Shown here: in pieces, positions 13,321 through 27,200 of the stretch
Numbering within the stretch: position 1 is the stretch's first letter
How the letters are laid out: every line of letters starts with the position of its first letter
Origin: the human T2T-CHM13v2.0 reference genome, Homo sapiens
Reading direction: 5' to 3' (one strand)
DNA: 64,000 nucleotides
Assembly (NCBI RefSeq): GCF_009914755.1
Contig: NC_060934.1
The notes under the pieces: generated by a model
Databases searched by the model: none
Told to the model about the DNA's origin: nothing
Seen by the model: only the letters and a program-made list of their open reading frames with translations
Made by a program: the position numbers and the translations under genes

Positions 13321-13945
13321 CATTATATTTAATATCAATATAAATCTGAAATTATCTTTCATTACTTAATCTATATTTTTTGTTGATAAGTCTTGATGGG
13401 GAGTATAATTTTATTATTGTTATCAAAGAAACAACTTATTTTCTCTATTTATTTCACCAAGCAAATGTTAAATTTTAGTATCATGATAGCTTCATAAATT
13501 TCTTATTTTTTGTGTGATTTTGTTTGTTTGTTTGTTTTAATTCTAGCTTCTTACAATGAATGCTTTACACAAATCCATGGCCCCATAACATATTTCTACC
13601 ATACCAAATGGCTGAGTGCCTTCATTTCAGAGTTGTCCCAGTCCTAAATGTCTGCTGCTAGAATTTTCTAAGTAGATGTCTTGCCTGCACCATGGCCTTC
13701 TATGCTATCCTTTCTAGACCTTAAAACTGAACTTTCAACCCCTTCGTCTGGGTGTGTACTCAGGACCAAAATGTGGTTGTAGGTTCAGAACATCCTAGAC
13801 CATTCTGCTGAAATCTTAAGTTCTACCCATGCCCTCTGCACAAATTTATTGCAATTATCATATTAGGAAGGCAGATTGTTAGCTCTACTCTCTGTTAAAC
13901 ATAATACCCATTTAGCTCTGCAGACAATGAACTTCTCTATGAGTC

Positions 13946-13988
13946 TGCATGCACGCGCGTGCACACACACACACACATACACACACAG
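13946..13988 (+). repeat. Alternating purine-pyrimidine tract, (CG)n core plus (CA)n
   Basis: 'tgcatgcacgcgcgtgcacacacacacacatacacacaca'. Confidence 0.85.
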
Positions 13989-16712
13989 CTAACTGAGCAG
14001 ACTGCTGATTCCTCAGGATACACAATGAATAAGTTAATGTCTGGCTCAGAGGAGGTACTCCAAAATACGACGAAGAAAGAGTGAATGAATGAATTTGAAA
14101 GTACCTGTTTACATCATGACTTATTGATTTATTCATCAAATACATAGTGAATGAGTAATAATAGTTTTGCAGCTTCAGACATGAAAGTAGTGGAAAAAGG
14201 TAAAGCATGTATAAATAGGCACAAGATACAGGTTTTCTTCAATTGATTTACTATTCAAGGAAAAGAAAATGAAAAAATACATGGCAACATGAAAACACTG
14301 TCATATAAGTGTTGTAAAATATGGAGTATGGCAATAAGTTAATTCACTTAATGTATAAAATATTGCATTTAATCAATTTGTGTTAAATTCCCAATCTACT
14401 CCAAAAATTGTGCCAGTTGCTGTTAGAGAAAAGATGCAAAGTACAGAGATATCAGTGACACAATCCTTGGTCCCCAATGGCTTAGAATCAAATAAGGAAG
14501 AAAATGCATTTAATATATAAACACTAAGGTATTTGTAAAAATGTGGTTTATGTATGTCTTATGCATTACATGCTAGAATATATCCATTGCTTCATTAATG
14601 CAGTCAGCATCCGTTAAGGCCCACCATACATTGGGTATGTGTGGTTGTACTAAGATGTGCTAGACTTCGAAGGCAATCAAGCAATATTTCTAGGAGGCAA
14701 CATTTAATAAGGTAGGATCGAAATAAGCAGAATGGTCAAGGCATTTGAAGTAGAATAAATGGCATAAGTAAAATTTCAAGGACAGGAACAAAAAATACCT
14801 GGGCACACATATTGTTTAATTTGGATGAGAAAGAATTATAAAGTAGACAGTAAGAAGAGGAGATTGGGGGTAAGGAGAAAGAGTTAAAGAGTTTCTTAAG
14901 GTCCCAGCCTTTTCACCATTATAGAAAGACTCACTTTAAGGTTCATCTGTAGGTTCATTCATGGCATTTAGCATTCTCAGATGAGTTCAATTCAACACAA
15001 CACAGTGAAATTCAATACAAATTGATTGAATGCAAGATTTTATACATTAAGGAATTAACTTACTGTCATGATGCATGTTTTATACCACTCATTTAGCCAT
15101 TTAGTGTTTGGTATTCTTCAGACCAGTCAGCTGATCTGTAAGCTGGGTTATGACTCAGAATTTCACTCACAGCTACACAAAGTGCAACAGTTACTCACAG
15201 AAATTTGAGACCACACAGTCTCCATTCTGTCAAGGAGGTTCTCTCTGGGCTATTAGTTGCTCAGAGAATCATATTCCCTCCATGTGATCAGCTCTTATTG
15301 ATGGCAAAAAAGACAAAGCAGAATACTTTTTACGATTAGAACCTCAAAAGGAGCCCGTAAGTGTGTGCTGTGTCGGGAGACAGGCTTGAGTGGGATAACA
15401 ATGACTCTGGATAAGAATGTAGATGACAGTCCATCCAAGAGAGCACATTGTCTGTTTTCTCTCCGATTTTTGGCAGCCCGTGGGTGGGTACATGACCTCA
15501 GCAGAGAAGCACACAAAATTGATTTATAAATTATTCATATATCATGTTTTAATTCTAAAAGCTGGATATTAACTTGACTAATTGGCTCTCAGTTGGAAAA
15601 AAAAAGAATTATGAGATACTAGTTTCATATTTATTAGCCAATTGTAAGCAATAATTTCAGCAAAACCTAACTCAGAAAAATATATTAAACGTTCAAAATC
15701 TTTATTAATATGTATTTTATTCTTTTAAATTATTTGACTGCATAATTATTATGTATACTGAGAGAAAATAAAAAACTCAAGCATGAAGAAGAAAATAAAA
15801 AATATTCATAAATCTACCATCTAAAAAGCGTTGTAAATTTTTCTATGTAAAACTACATATTTTTCTCCAATTTTTTTTCTCAAAAATGGGCTTATAATAT
15901 AGTATCCTGGAACTTTTGAAAGCAACTAAATAAGATAATACCTTAATAGTTTTATCATATTGCATCACATAGATGTGTCATAATTTATTTAGCCAATTAC
16001 TTATTGTTGAACATTAATGTTGTTCAAAATGTTCCAATACTATAAACAATGTAGTAATGAACATTCTTATATTTGTAGCTTTGCACAACTCTCCAACTAT
16101 ATACTTAGAATAAAATATAGGGTGTACTCAACCAAGAGGTGTAACACATATATTTTACTCAAAATTTCAGCTAATTATTTCCATCCTTTTTATCATATGC
16201 TAAGTCTGTAGCTTAACTTATGTCATGAGTTTGTATACAGATATATAAAAACATGAAGTAACTAAAATTTAACAAATACAAAGCAAAATTCTACTTCAAT
16301 TTTCTTATCAGGTTGTGAATAGACTTGCTGAATTAACTTCTAATATTCATCTTCTTTCTTTGGTAAGTTGATGAAATGATCCCTATTTTAAATAGCTGCT
16401 GAAATAACCAATGCTTGTGAAAGTGTTTGTATATAAAGAGCTTTTGAAAAAAAACATGGAAAAATTTTTATCTATGCTTAGACTGCATAGGACTTGTGAC
16501 TCAGTTTTAAGAACTGCACATGAATTTGAAATTGCTATTTGAGATATAAACAAAAAACTCACCCAGGACCAATGAATTCTTGGATTCCTGGCAGAAGAAA
16601 TTGTAAGACTTCTCAGTAGAGACACATGAATGCATGGATCAGCCATAGGAAAAAATAACTCTACATAAGATGAGATTTAAAATAATATAAACTAAAATTT
16701 ACAGGATGTAAC

Positions 16713-16867
16713 TGATACAGGAGGGGGCAGGGAAGTGCTGGTAAGGGAAGGGCGTGGTCCTTGGTTTGGGGTCCACCCCGGGGCCTGTGCCCACGGACCT
16801 AGGTGAGGACAAGCATTTATGTTTTCCTGCCGAAATGTTGCGTTTCCCAAGACCACCTGGCCTGCCA
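16713..16867 (+). mobile_element. 5' fragment of an ERV1 LTR, MER48-like
   Basis: Starts TGATACAGGAGGGGGCAGGGAAGTGCTGG and continues '...gggcctgtgcccacggacctaggtgaggac...aaatgttgcgtttcccaagaccacctggcctgcca'. Similarity stops abruptly after about 155 bp. Confidence 0.7.
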
Positions 16868-17699
16868 AGGTGGTTTAACATCTTCCAATAATTTGACTTC
16901 AGTATTCCCTGCTGGTTCCTTCTCACATACACACTGAAGAATGCTTTCTCAGCCTGATTTCCATGTCTGAGTCACGTGCAGTCCATTTTAATGTCAACCC
17001 CATTTGTGTCCCCAGCATCAGCTCCTGAGCTACTGCACTTCTCCAGTGCTTAGGAGTTTAGCTCATTAGGTGCTAAATTACTAGCACCAGAAAGTGACAA
17101 GTTTCACTTTGCAAACTTTTACCACCATAAACTCACTCAATAAAAACAAAAGAAGCCATAGAGAAGCAGGGTTTGGGGGATCATAAAAAAAATATATGTT
17201 TCAGGCAGTTTGTATTTATCCAAGTGGCAGCATTGAGTTAATGCTAAGGAAGTAGACAGCTTCAGTTAATGAGATGTATTATTTAGGGAAAATAGAGCTG
17301 TCACTATTTCTTGCCATGTAAAGCAGTGGATTTGTTACTTTTGAATGCTGGCTGCATTAACCAAAACATCATTTATTCCTATTGAGATGTTCCCCCAGAG
17401 CTGCACTTTGGTTAATAAAGATAAACCTTCATGTTGGTTGTCAAACGATATCTTCCCATCCTAGGAACCCTTCCAACAGCAACCTGGGCACTTATTCCCT
17501 GAAAAGATTTGCTTAGTGTAAGATCTTCATGTGTATTTCAGAGCTTCGGTGGATTCCCTTAACTGACCTCTGGAGCACTTTCTGTGACAATGTGAGATCT
17601 ATACCTGTGTGGTTTGCTGAAGCATGAAATCTAAAGAAAACCACAAACGAACAAAAAATTTAAGAATTTCAGCCCCATAACAAACTTGCATGTTTTCAT

Positions 17700-19170
17700 T
17701 GGACAATTATCCAGCTTCCAGTCTCCCTCTCTCCTCTTCCTAGCCAAACTTCCCCAGATGTCTCTTCCCCTTCCTCACCTCTCTCTTGCTCCCAAACCAC
17801 TCTATTTTAGCTACAGCACCATCACTCCACCCCAAGAAGTTTTACTATAGTCAAGAATGGGCTCCACGTAACTAAACCAATGAGTAGTTTCAGCTGTCTT
17901 CATTTTTCACCTATTATAAGTATTGGACACTATTGATACATCCTGCTTCTTTAAAAGCTATATCCAGTTAGTTTCCATGATTCTATACTATTCTAGTTTC
18001 CTTCTTATCTCTATCGCCAAGTTTATTCCTCTTCACCCACAGTCATTAAATGCTGCTGTCCCTCAAGGCTCAGTATAAGCTTTGATCCTTCCTCGTTCTA
18101 TCATCTCTCTCTAGAAGACCTCACCTACAGCTACAGCCTTGAATGCCCTCTTTTTGCAGGCATCTCACAAACTGGCCCGTGACTCTAACTCAGACATCTC
18201 CCCCAAACTCTGGACTCACTTAACCAGCTAAACCTTTGACATCTCCCAAAAGATGTCTCATAATCTTCATCAGTTCCCAAAATGTCTAGTCTAAATGGCT
18301 GAGTTTCTTTCCCAAGCATGAACCTCCTCCAAAATCACTATGTATTCTTCTCCCTCAAACCAGAAACTTACGTGATATCCCGAAAATAGCCCCCCTTACG
18401 TTTCATATCAAATTTATCATACATATTATCTATTTTTCCCCTTAAATATTGTTCATATCTATCCACCTTTTTTTTCATTTTCATCCCTTAATTTAGGGCC
18501 CACCATATAACAGGAACTCAATATTTAAATTTTGAATTAAAGAATCACTAACGTCAACACTCTAGTAAAAGCCTAGCCTGCTGCAAGAGCTTCTGAATTG
18601 ATCTCTTCAGTCCAGATTTACCCCAATACAACAATTCTCCACTTTCCCAATTAGCTGGAAGCTTTATGCACACAACAAAAAATAGGGTTGTCATTCACTT
18701 TTTCCCACTGTAAATGAAATGTTAATCTTCAAGAACCACATCAATTATCTGAGCTCTCTCTTTATAGGCCCATCACATCCCATGCTCTGTCATTTCCCTC
18801 ATTGCAACAACCACCAGGCTGCTTTAGGCCCTTTCCACTCAACATACTCTCTACAGACATGGTGTCCTCTCTCTGGTCCAGTCCTCTACTCCACCCCAAT
18901 CACCTCCTAATTGATGCTTACTCATCCTTTATATCCAAGCTCATTTCAGCCCATTTCTTCAGAAAAATTCGTAACAACCTCCCTGACAGGATCAATCATT
19001 TCTATGATGTGCTATAAAAGCACAAAAATTAAATGCTAACTTGTTAGAATTTTTCTTTATTTGTAACTACATTTAAAATATATTTCTGAGAGCACAAGTT
19101 CATTAGGACAAGGATGTCTTCTTATATTCACCATTGTTTCCCCAGAAACAAATAGCTCAATATGTTTAAT
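17700..19170 (+). mobile_element. LINE-2 (L2) RT/3' remnant
   Basis: 'tattggacactattgatacatcctgcttctttaaaa...gtttccatgattctatactattctagtttccttcttatctct' is a degenerate L2 RT region. An L2 3' end lies near 19090-19170. Confidence 0.65.
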
Positions 19171-19399
19171 TTTACATGTATATGTATTTTATATGAATAT
19201 GATTTGGCTTATGTAATATATGTGTGTGAATAAATATTTGTATATATTCTTTTTAATGTATATTTTATATATATATGTCTATCTATATTGTGGTTTTAGA
19301 CAATTTTATGTCTCTGGGGCTCAATTTTCTCATTTATTTAATGGGGCCAAAATAATAATATCTAAAATCTTGCCTGTGTAGATGTAACAGAATAAAATA

Positions 19400-20168
19400 T
19401 TAACAATTTTGACAAAACTGATATTAAAATAATAATTACATGGCAAAAAATAACTGTATACTCAAACTCAAAGCACAGCAGAAAAACTGTGAGATAATAT
19501 TTGCAATATATATCACAGATAAAAATTCATGTCCCTAAATATAAAAAACTTTTTGAATGAGTGAAATATTATCAAAAATATAATAGCAAATGGGCAAAAG
19601 ATATAAATGGATGGTTCACAAGAAGAATGTAAATACAAAAAAGACATTTAACCTCCCTCATAATGAGAAAAACGAAAATAAAACTGTACTGACTTACCCT
19701 TTCTCAAGTATCAGATAGGCAAAAATGAAAAAAATCATATGACAACATACTCAGTGAAGATGTAGATAATAGTCACTCTCATACAATTCAGTATGAAAAA
19801 ACATTAGTAAGCACCTTATGAAAATGAACTAGAACTTGTCAATAACCTATAAAACTACATGTATGTTCACATTTCAGACCAGAAATCAATTTCTAAAAAT
19901 TACTCCTGTAGATACATCTCCAAATATAAAAAAATACATATGTGTGAGGTTATTAATTACAGCATTGATTATAAATAAAAAATACTGGAAACAAACTGGG
20001 TGCTCATACATAGGAGGGAGATTCAGTAAACTAAGGTATATCCACAGAATGGACTCAATATATCCAGAATAGAATGATGAGGAAGAGAAAGATTTCTATG
20101 ACATGGAGTGATTTTCAAGAAATACAGTTAAGTGAAAAAGCCAAAATAGAAAGATTAGAAAAAGCATA
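19400..20168 (+). mobile_element. Old L1MC-like 3' region, part 1
   Basis: 'gataatatttgcaata', 'aaatgggcaaaagatataaatgg', 'aagtgaaaaagcc' are L1M ORF2-end and 3'UTR motifs. Confidence 0.65.
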
Positions 20169-20175
20169 CTGTTCT

Positions 20176-21668
20176 TAGCCAAGGGAATCCTAAACCAAAA
20201 GAGCAAATCTAGAGGCATCACATTACCCAAATTCAAATTACACTAAAAGGCTATAGTAACCAAAACAGCATGGGATTGGTGTAAACGTAGATCCACAGAC
20301 CAATGGAATAAAATAGAGAACCCAGAAATAAAGCCAAATACTTACAGCCAACTGATTTTTGACAAAGCACACAAAAACATAAACTTGGGAAAAGACATCT
20401 TATACAATAAATGGTTCTGGGAAAATTGGATAGCCACATGTAGAAGAATTAAACTGAATCCATATCTCTCATCATATACAATTCAAGATGGATTAAATAC
20501 ATAAATCTAAGACCAAAAAAACCATAAAAATTCTAGAGGAAAACCTAGAAAAAATTCTTCTGGACATTAACCTAGGCAAAGAAATTATAACTAACAACCT
20601 GAAAACAAATGCAACAAAAGCAAAAATACATAAATGGGACTTAAATTAAAATGCTTCCACAAGGCAAAAGAAAATAACCAACAGAGTAAACATGCAACCT
20701 ACAGAATTGGAGAAAATATTTTCTATGCATCCAACAAACAATTAGTCCCCAGAATCTACAAAGAAGAACTTAAACAAATCAGCAAGAAAAATACAAATAA
20801 TCCTATTAAAAGGGGGCAAAATACATAAGTAGACATATCTCAAAAGAAGATATGCAAATAGCCAGCAAACGTATTTAAAAAATGTTCAACATCACTAATC
20901 ATCAGAGAATTGCAAATTAAAACCACAGTGAGATACCACATTACCCCAGACAGAATGGCCATTATTAAAAAGTCACAAAACAATAGATAGTGGTGCAAAA
21001 GTGGTGAAAAGGGAACACTTATACACTGCTGGTGGGAATGTAAGTTAGTGCAACTTCTATGGAAAACAGTATGGAGATTTCAATTTCTCAGTGAACAAAA
21101 TGTAGATCTACCATTCAATCCAGCAATCCCACTGCTGGGTAGCTACCCAAAGGACAAGAAGTTGTTATATCAAAAAAGATACTTGTACTTGTATGTTTAT
21201 TGCAGGACAATTTACAATTGCAAAGACAAGGAATCAACCTAAATGCCTATCAACTGAAGAGTGGATAAAAAAAATGTGGTGTATATATATACCATGGAAT
21301 ACTACTCAGCCATTAAAAAAAGAATGAAATAATGTCTTTTGCAGCAACTTGCATGGAACTGTAGGCTATTATTCCAAGTGAAGTAACTCAGGAATGGAAA
21401 ATCAAATATCACATGTTCTCACTTATAAGTGGGAGCTGAGGAATGGGTACAAAGGCATACAGAGTGGCATAATGGACTTTGGAAACTCAGAAGTGGAGAG
21501 TGGGGAAGGGGATGAAGGAAAAAAAACTATCTAAAGGGTACATTGTACATTACTCAGGTGATGGTACACTGAAATCCTAGACTTCATCACTATACAGTTT
21601 ATCCACATAACCAAAAATCACTTGTAGCTCTAAAGCTAATGAAATAGAAAAGTTAAAATAAAAAAAAC
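20176..21668 (+). mobile_element. 5'-truncated L1PB (L1PB3/4-like)
   Basis: ORF2 C-terminal remnant ('ggcatcacattaccc', 'gctatagtaaccaaaacagcatgg'). L1PB-type 3'UTR 'gacttcatcactatacagtttatccacataaccaaaaatcacttgta' followed by an A-rich tail. Confidence 0.8.
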
Positions 21669-23506
21669 ACAGAAAAAATACTAACAATCATGCAGTTTAA
21701 AAAGAAGGAAAAGTACTGAAATTCCTTGATTAATATCTATCTTTTCTGCTAGCCCATAAATTCTGTGAGAATGGAGATTTTCTCTGATTTGTTCACCACT
21801 TATGTACAGTACCTGAAGTATCATAAGTGCTCTATAAGTGCTAAAATAAATTGAAAAAAATGCAGATATGTGTTTCAACACATTCAAATACAATAAAAAC
21901 TTCTATATATATAAAACATATGCTATTTTTTGTGTAAGAAAGATGGGGGAGTGAGAAAATATGGATGTATCTTTTTATTGTACATATAGGAAAGATTCTT
22001 TAGAGATTAATGAAATTGGTTAGTTACATTGCTTGGGTGAGAACAATGGAAAGAATGGAAGGAATGGGGATAGGGTGGAGAATGAAGCTTCTCCAAGCAT
22101 ACCATGTTGAACCATCTGACTTTTAGACCCCTGCTAATGTTTCAAATAATTAAATGAAGGGAAATAAATAATAAATAAAACAATATGTGGGGAAGTCTAA
22201 AACAAAATACAAACAGAAATGCATTTTTTAAACCATATTTGGAGAAGTCATGTAACCACACTGGAGGAAGAGAAAAAAAAGAACAAAATCAGGTAATTTT
22301 CAACAGCATTTAGATTACACACTTCAGGCCAAAGACAAAATTAACTTTGGAAATATGTTGGACTCTGGTTAGTAGGTTTCTTTTTCACAGATAGATGGGT
22401 TAACAGTTCTAAAACTACTTTCTGTGTATTCTAGATCTAAGCAAATAAGTAAATATATTGTAGATACTAGAAGCCAGATTTCTCATTGTCAGAGAAGGAA
22501 GCTTTAAATATGGAAATGCGGAAGGATAGTATGAATGCTCTAGTATTTGGAAGAATGAGTGTGAACTGGATTTTAATACACATAAATAAAGAAGTAGTTA
22601 AGAATGCTTTAGGCTGCATGTATATTCATACATATGTGTATGTTTGTGTAGGATTTTGTGTATATATATACATATATATCTTTAAATGTAAATCTGTTAA
22701 GAAATACATATAGATATAAACCTATGAGTGTATATGTATCCTTGTAGATATATTTGTATATCTATATGGCTTCTAACTCTATCCACTGAGAGAGCCTAGA
22801 AGCGATAATACCCTAGTAGCAATGAGCATACCTAGTAGCCACATCTTGATTTCTAATCACATTTTCCACTTAAAAAGTCCAGACATTTTGGATAAACGGC
22901 TGATTTCAGGGATAGAGTGGAACAATAAAAGATGTACCTGAAATATTATTTTGTGTCATAACGTGATGAAGTGCTCAATGAATGCCAGTTCTGTGGGGCA
23001 ACACTTGCTAAATCTGGGATCATTTGAGTATATTTAAACCCATGATAGTAAAAATTTTAATCCATACAATAAATTAATAACTCATGAGTCCATGTGCATA
23101 ACAATAAATAAATAAATAAATAAATAAAGCTCTTCTTTACAGCAGACATTAAAGTAATAAATGTAGGACTGATGGAATTAGAAAATCGAGTGGCAGTCAT
23201 TATTGTAATCCTTGTCTGAGGCAAGACTCCTCAAGAGGTAATGAAACTGTTAAGTAAAATATTGACAAGTAACTATTTGAAAGGAAACTACATAGTTTCA
23301 AAATATATCTTTACAAGTTATTAATTAAAAAGGGGAAGCATAAGAACCTGTACCTTGGAGAAACCAAGTGATCATAGTGAATATCACCAGAAAGGTGGTA
23401 AGCCCACACCACGTTCCTCCGAACGTGATTCACCGAGAAGGACAGAAAAATCCCTTAGTAGAATTCCAGGCAATAATGATCTGAACCTAATCATTTAGAA
23501 GTATCA

Positions 23507-23849
23507 AGCAGGGAGTTGTGGCTCGTGCCTGTAATCCCAGCACTTTGGGAGGCTGAGGCGGGCGGATCATTTGAGGTCAGCAGTTCAAAACCAACCTGGC
23601 CAACATGGTGAAACCCTGTCTCTACTAAAAATACAAAATTAGCCAGGCATGGTGGTGAGTGCCTGTAATCCCAGCTACTCAGGAGGCTGAGGCAGGAGAG
23701 TTGCTTGAGCCTGGGAGGAGGAGGTTGCAGTTAGCAGAGATCGCGCCATTGCACTACAGCCTGTGTGACAGAGCAAGACTCTGTCTCAGAAAAAAGAAAA
23801 GAAAAGAAAAGAAAAGAAAAGAAAAGAAAAGAAAAGAAAAGAAAAGAAA
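23507..23849 (+). mobile_element. AluS (Sz/Sx-like) with (GAAAA)n tail
   Basis: Full dimeric Alu. The tail has expanded into about 11 GAAAA units. Degenerate TSD agaagtatca (23497-23506) and agaaatatca (23850-23859). Confidence 0.9.
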
Positions 23850-24193
23850 AGAAATATCAGACAGGCCCAATTTACGTATATTCTACAAAATACCTGCATT
23901 TTATTTTTTTTTAATGTTAGTATCATGCAGTACAAATTTAAGAAGGCTTCTGGATTAAAGAAAATTAGGGAAACATGATAACTTTTTGCAACAAATAATC
24001 TGATTTTCCTCTGGAAATCATTGGAACAATGGTGAAACTAAAGAATGTTGCTTTAATATTAATTTTCTGATTTTGATAACTGTACTGTGGTTATATAAGA
24101 GAATAGTCTTACTTCTAGGAAATATACTGTAAAGGAACAAAGGGGCATCACATCTGTAATTTATTCTTAAATGTTTCAAAAAGTATGTACACG

Positions 24194-24218
24194 TGTGTCT
24201 GTGTGTGTGTGTGTGTGT
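24194..24218 (+). repeat. (TG)n microsatellite
   Basis: Read directly from the sequence. Confidence 0.85.
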
Positions 24219-27200
24219 AGATATCGATCGAGGCATAGATAGACACATGGAAAAGAGAGAGGAAGAAAACAGAAGGGCCTGTAGAGAGAGGAAGTGAGAA
24301 TGAGAGAACGTTTTCATGTGAGTACACACAGGAAACAAAAAGCACAAGAGGAAATGTTAACATTTGGGGAATCTGGGTGAAGAGTATGTGAAGATGTCTT
24401 TTTCAATTCCTACAACTTTTCATAAGTCTGAAATCATGTCCAAATAAAGTTTAAAAGAAAATAAAACTTATAATTCTATGCATTAGTAAATAATCTTCTG
24501 GTCCTGGTCAAAGCCCAAATGGTAACATGATATGACTAAGATAAGACAATTTGTCAGAAGCAGAGCTAGGTGTAGAACAAAGTCTCAGGTATTCTTTTTA
24601 CTAAACAACAATCAACAAGTCATCAGTTTTCCAAGTCCTGTCTTCTTATGCCCAAAGCAGATATTGATAATCAGTTAATAGAGCCATGGCGCGGTCTCAG
24701 TATCCTCCTCAATTCATTGCTTCAGGCAACCTTTAAGATTGAAACCTATTTCCCATTCTAAATATCACACCTCGCTCCCTCGAATTCATACTGCAGTGGA
24801 ACTATCTCACACCAGAATCTTTACAGAAGGTTGCTTTTTAGGTGGTAACAGAAATGAAGTACAAAATAAAATTTTCTACTTTGAAAGCAAGCTATGTGCT
24901 ATAATTAAATAAATTTTAATAACTTAGAACTAATCTCTTCCTTGAAACAGAGTTCTTTTGGTCTGAATGCATGTAGACAACCCCTTGTTCCTTTTGCCGC
25001 AGCCGGGCGAACAGGGCCCTCACTTTCCCCACTAATGAAGCAGAAAGAGGAGTCTGTTAAAACATCCTTTCAGGTTTGGCTTAAAGTTCTAAGACATTAG
25101 CCATTGGTCATTGATCGTTGCACCTTCCTCCACCATAAACTCCACTTTGAGCCTAGAATGCTGCTTCAGAATCTCAGTGTAATGACCCAGATCATCATTT
25201 CCTATGTGAGTTGACACTGTGATAAAACTCACATGCTTTTACAGGGATTCCACCTTCCTAATTTAAAGTCACTATAAAGAGTAAATGACTTCTACCAGAT
25301 TCTTTCATGGGATGTGGCTGGGGGTGAGGTCAATGAGAATGGGAGAATTAAGGTGGGAAAATAAAACACCTGAAGGACATTGTATGATTAATGGAAGGGA
25401 AAAGAAATCTGAGAGCTGAGCCTCAAGGTTTCAAAGTCATCCTCTGCTGATTTTCTAATATATCAGGGTGTCTGAGGTAGACAGCTGCATTTGCATCTTA
25501 AAGTGTAGGTCAGATTATGCCATCCTAAACTACGGTATATTTTTGCAGCATATTCTAGTCTCAAGCAATGGGTAGAGTTCCATTGCCCAGGTAGCCGAAC
25601 ATTAAAGGGATGTTTAAGAGTTTCTCTCTCTGCCTTTTTGAGAACCATGTTTTGGCACAGCTACCTCAATGACACAAGGCTATAGATTGATTACATGCAT
25701 TTAGGCCAAAGGAATGCTATTTGCATGGAAGAGACTGGTCTTTAATTACTGAAATTTGTTTAATAATGGCATGTCTTTCAGGGGAACCAACATGTTTATG
25801 TATTAATCCTTTAAGTAGTAGTCTTGGTCCCTAACTTGGAAAGTGCAAATTGGCAACATTTAACTACTTCAATCCAATTCCCCAATCTCATTTCCCAAAT
25901 TTTCTCCACTGAGAGCTGCCAGTGCCCCCAGGGTGCATATTTCACATAATTAAGCTTTATAGCTAGAGCCTGTTCTGAGATGGTCAGCTGCCTGAATCCC
26001 ATTGAAAATGCAGACAGAACAGAAAGTGCAAGGCTGATTCACACTTTTGGATGCTCAGACATTGCCCTGGTTGCTCTCCGGTTTGAAACAATTGGAAGGG
26101 AGACTTTTATTCTGCATAGGAAAGACTCAGTCACGCCCCTGAGGAAGGAAGTCATCCTCTGGCTGGTACCAACACAAAATTGAACCAAGGGGCACATAAA
26201 TTATCATTATCAAAGACGATCCTATATTTATAATAATTTCCTGTATCTTATTGTATTTCTTCATCTTCAGGACAAGGCTGCAATTGGTACAGTCTTTGTG
26301 GCCATTTTTTAGGTTAAGAAAATGAGAATTTTTCTATATCTCATCCTTTTGCTAAGATGGTTTAAAATTCAGATTTTCTGACTCTAAAACCAGTGAGTTT
26401 TCTTATTACACCTCTAACAATGTTATTTTCCCTGCTAATTCTTTGATATATTTACACACATGCACACACACACATATATATCCTCTCCTTATACAGGGGT
26501 CAGACTGCGGTATAAAGCTGGTGGTCTTAGAGAGAAGGGCAGGTATAATGTCGGAGACGAATGCCTGATATCGGAGGAGACATCAGTAGATAGAGTCTCC
26601 TGTGATCAAAGATTACTAAGTTCATTCTGATTTTAGGGCAGAGATGGTCTACTTACAGCTGGTAGGGTGGATCTGGGTCCATAGATTTAACTATAACTGT
26701 AACGAAGACAGAGTTTCCTGGAACACCAAGGGTCCTTATGTTCCATATTCCTTCCAGTACCAGCACATGGCAGCCCAAAATAAAAATGGTATTGAAGTAA
26801 TTGGAAATATTTCCAATAAAGCACCAAAGCCAAGATTTGCTATTTAAAGCTCAGTATTAGCTGAAGCCAGACTTTCCTTGGAAACACATACACACACGAA
26901 GATCTATTCAATCGTATAGAGATAAAAATGATGAATTGGCAGATGCACGGGTTTAACCATTTGTAAGCAGGGTAGGCAGGATTGGGGCAGTACCTCCCTT
27001 ATTCCCAAACTCTCTCCACATTCTGGCTACCTCACCATGGCCACACAATGCCTTTTCCAGCAGGTAATTGCCTGAATTTAAGGCTGCACGATATTTTATG
27101 AGGAAATGCCACTGTCTTTTAGATTATAGCAACCAAGAAAAAAGTACTAAAAGCCTGAAACAACACAGTGTTGCTGGTGGTATGGCCTTCCTAGACCCCA

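Larger units (their letters stand above)
21921..24470 (+). mobile_element. Old L1MC-like 3' region, part 2 (interrupted by an Alu and simple repeats)
   Basis: Resumes at 'tgctattttttgtgtaagaaag'. Ends at 'aatgttaacatttggggaatctgggtgaagagtat...caacttttcataagtctgaaat'. Confidence 0.65.
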
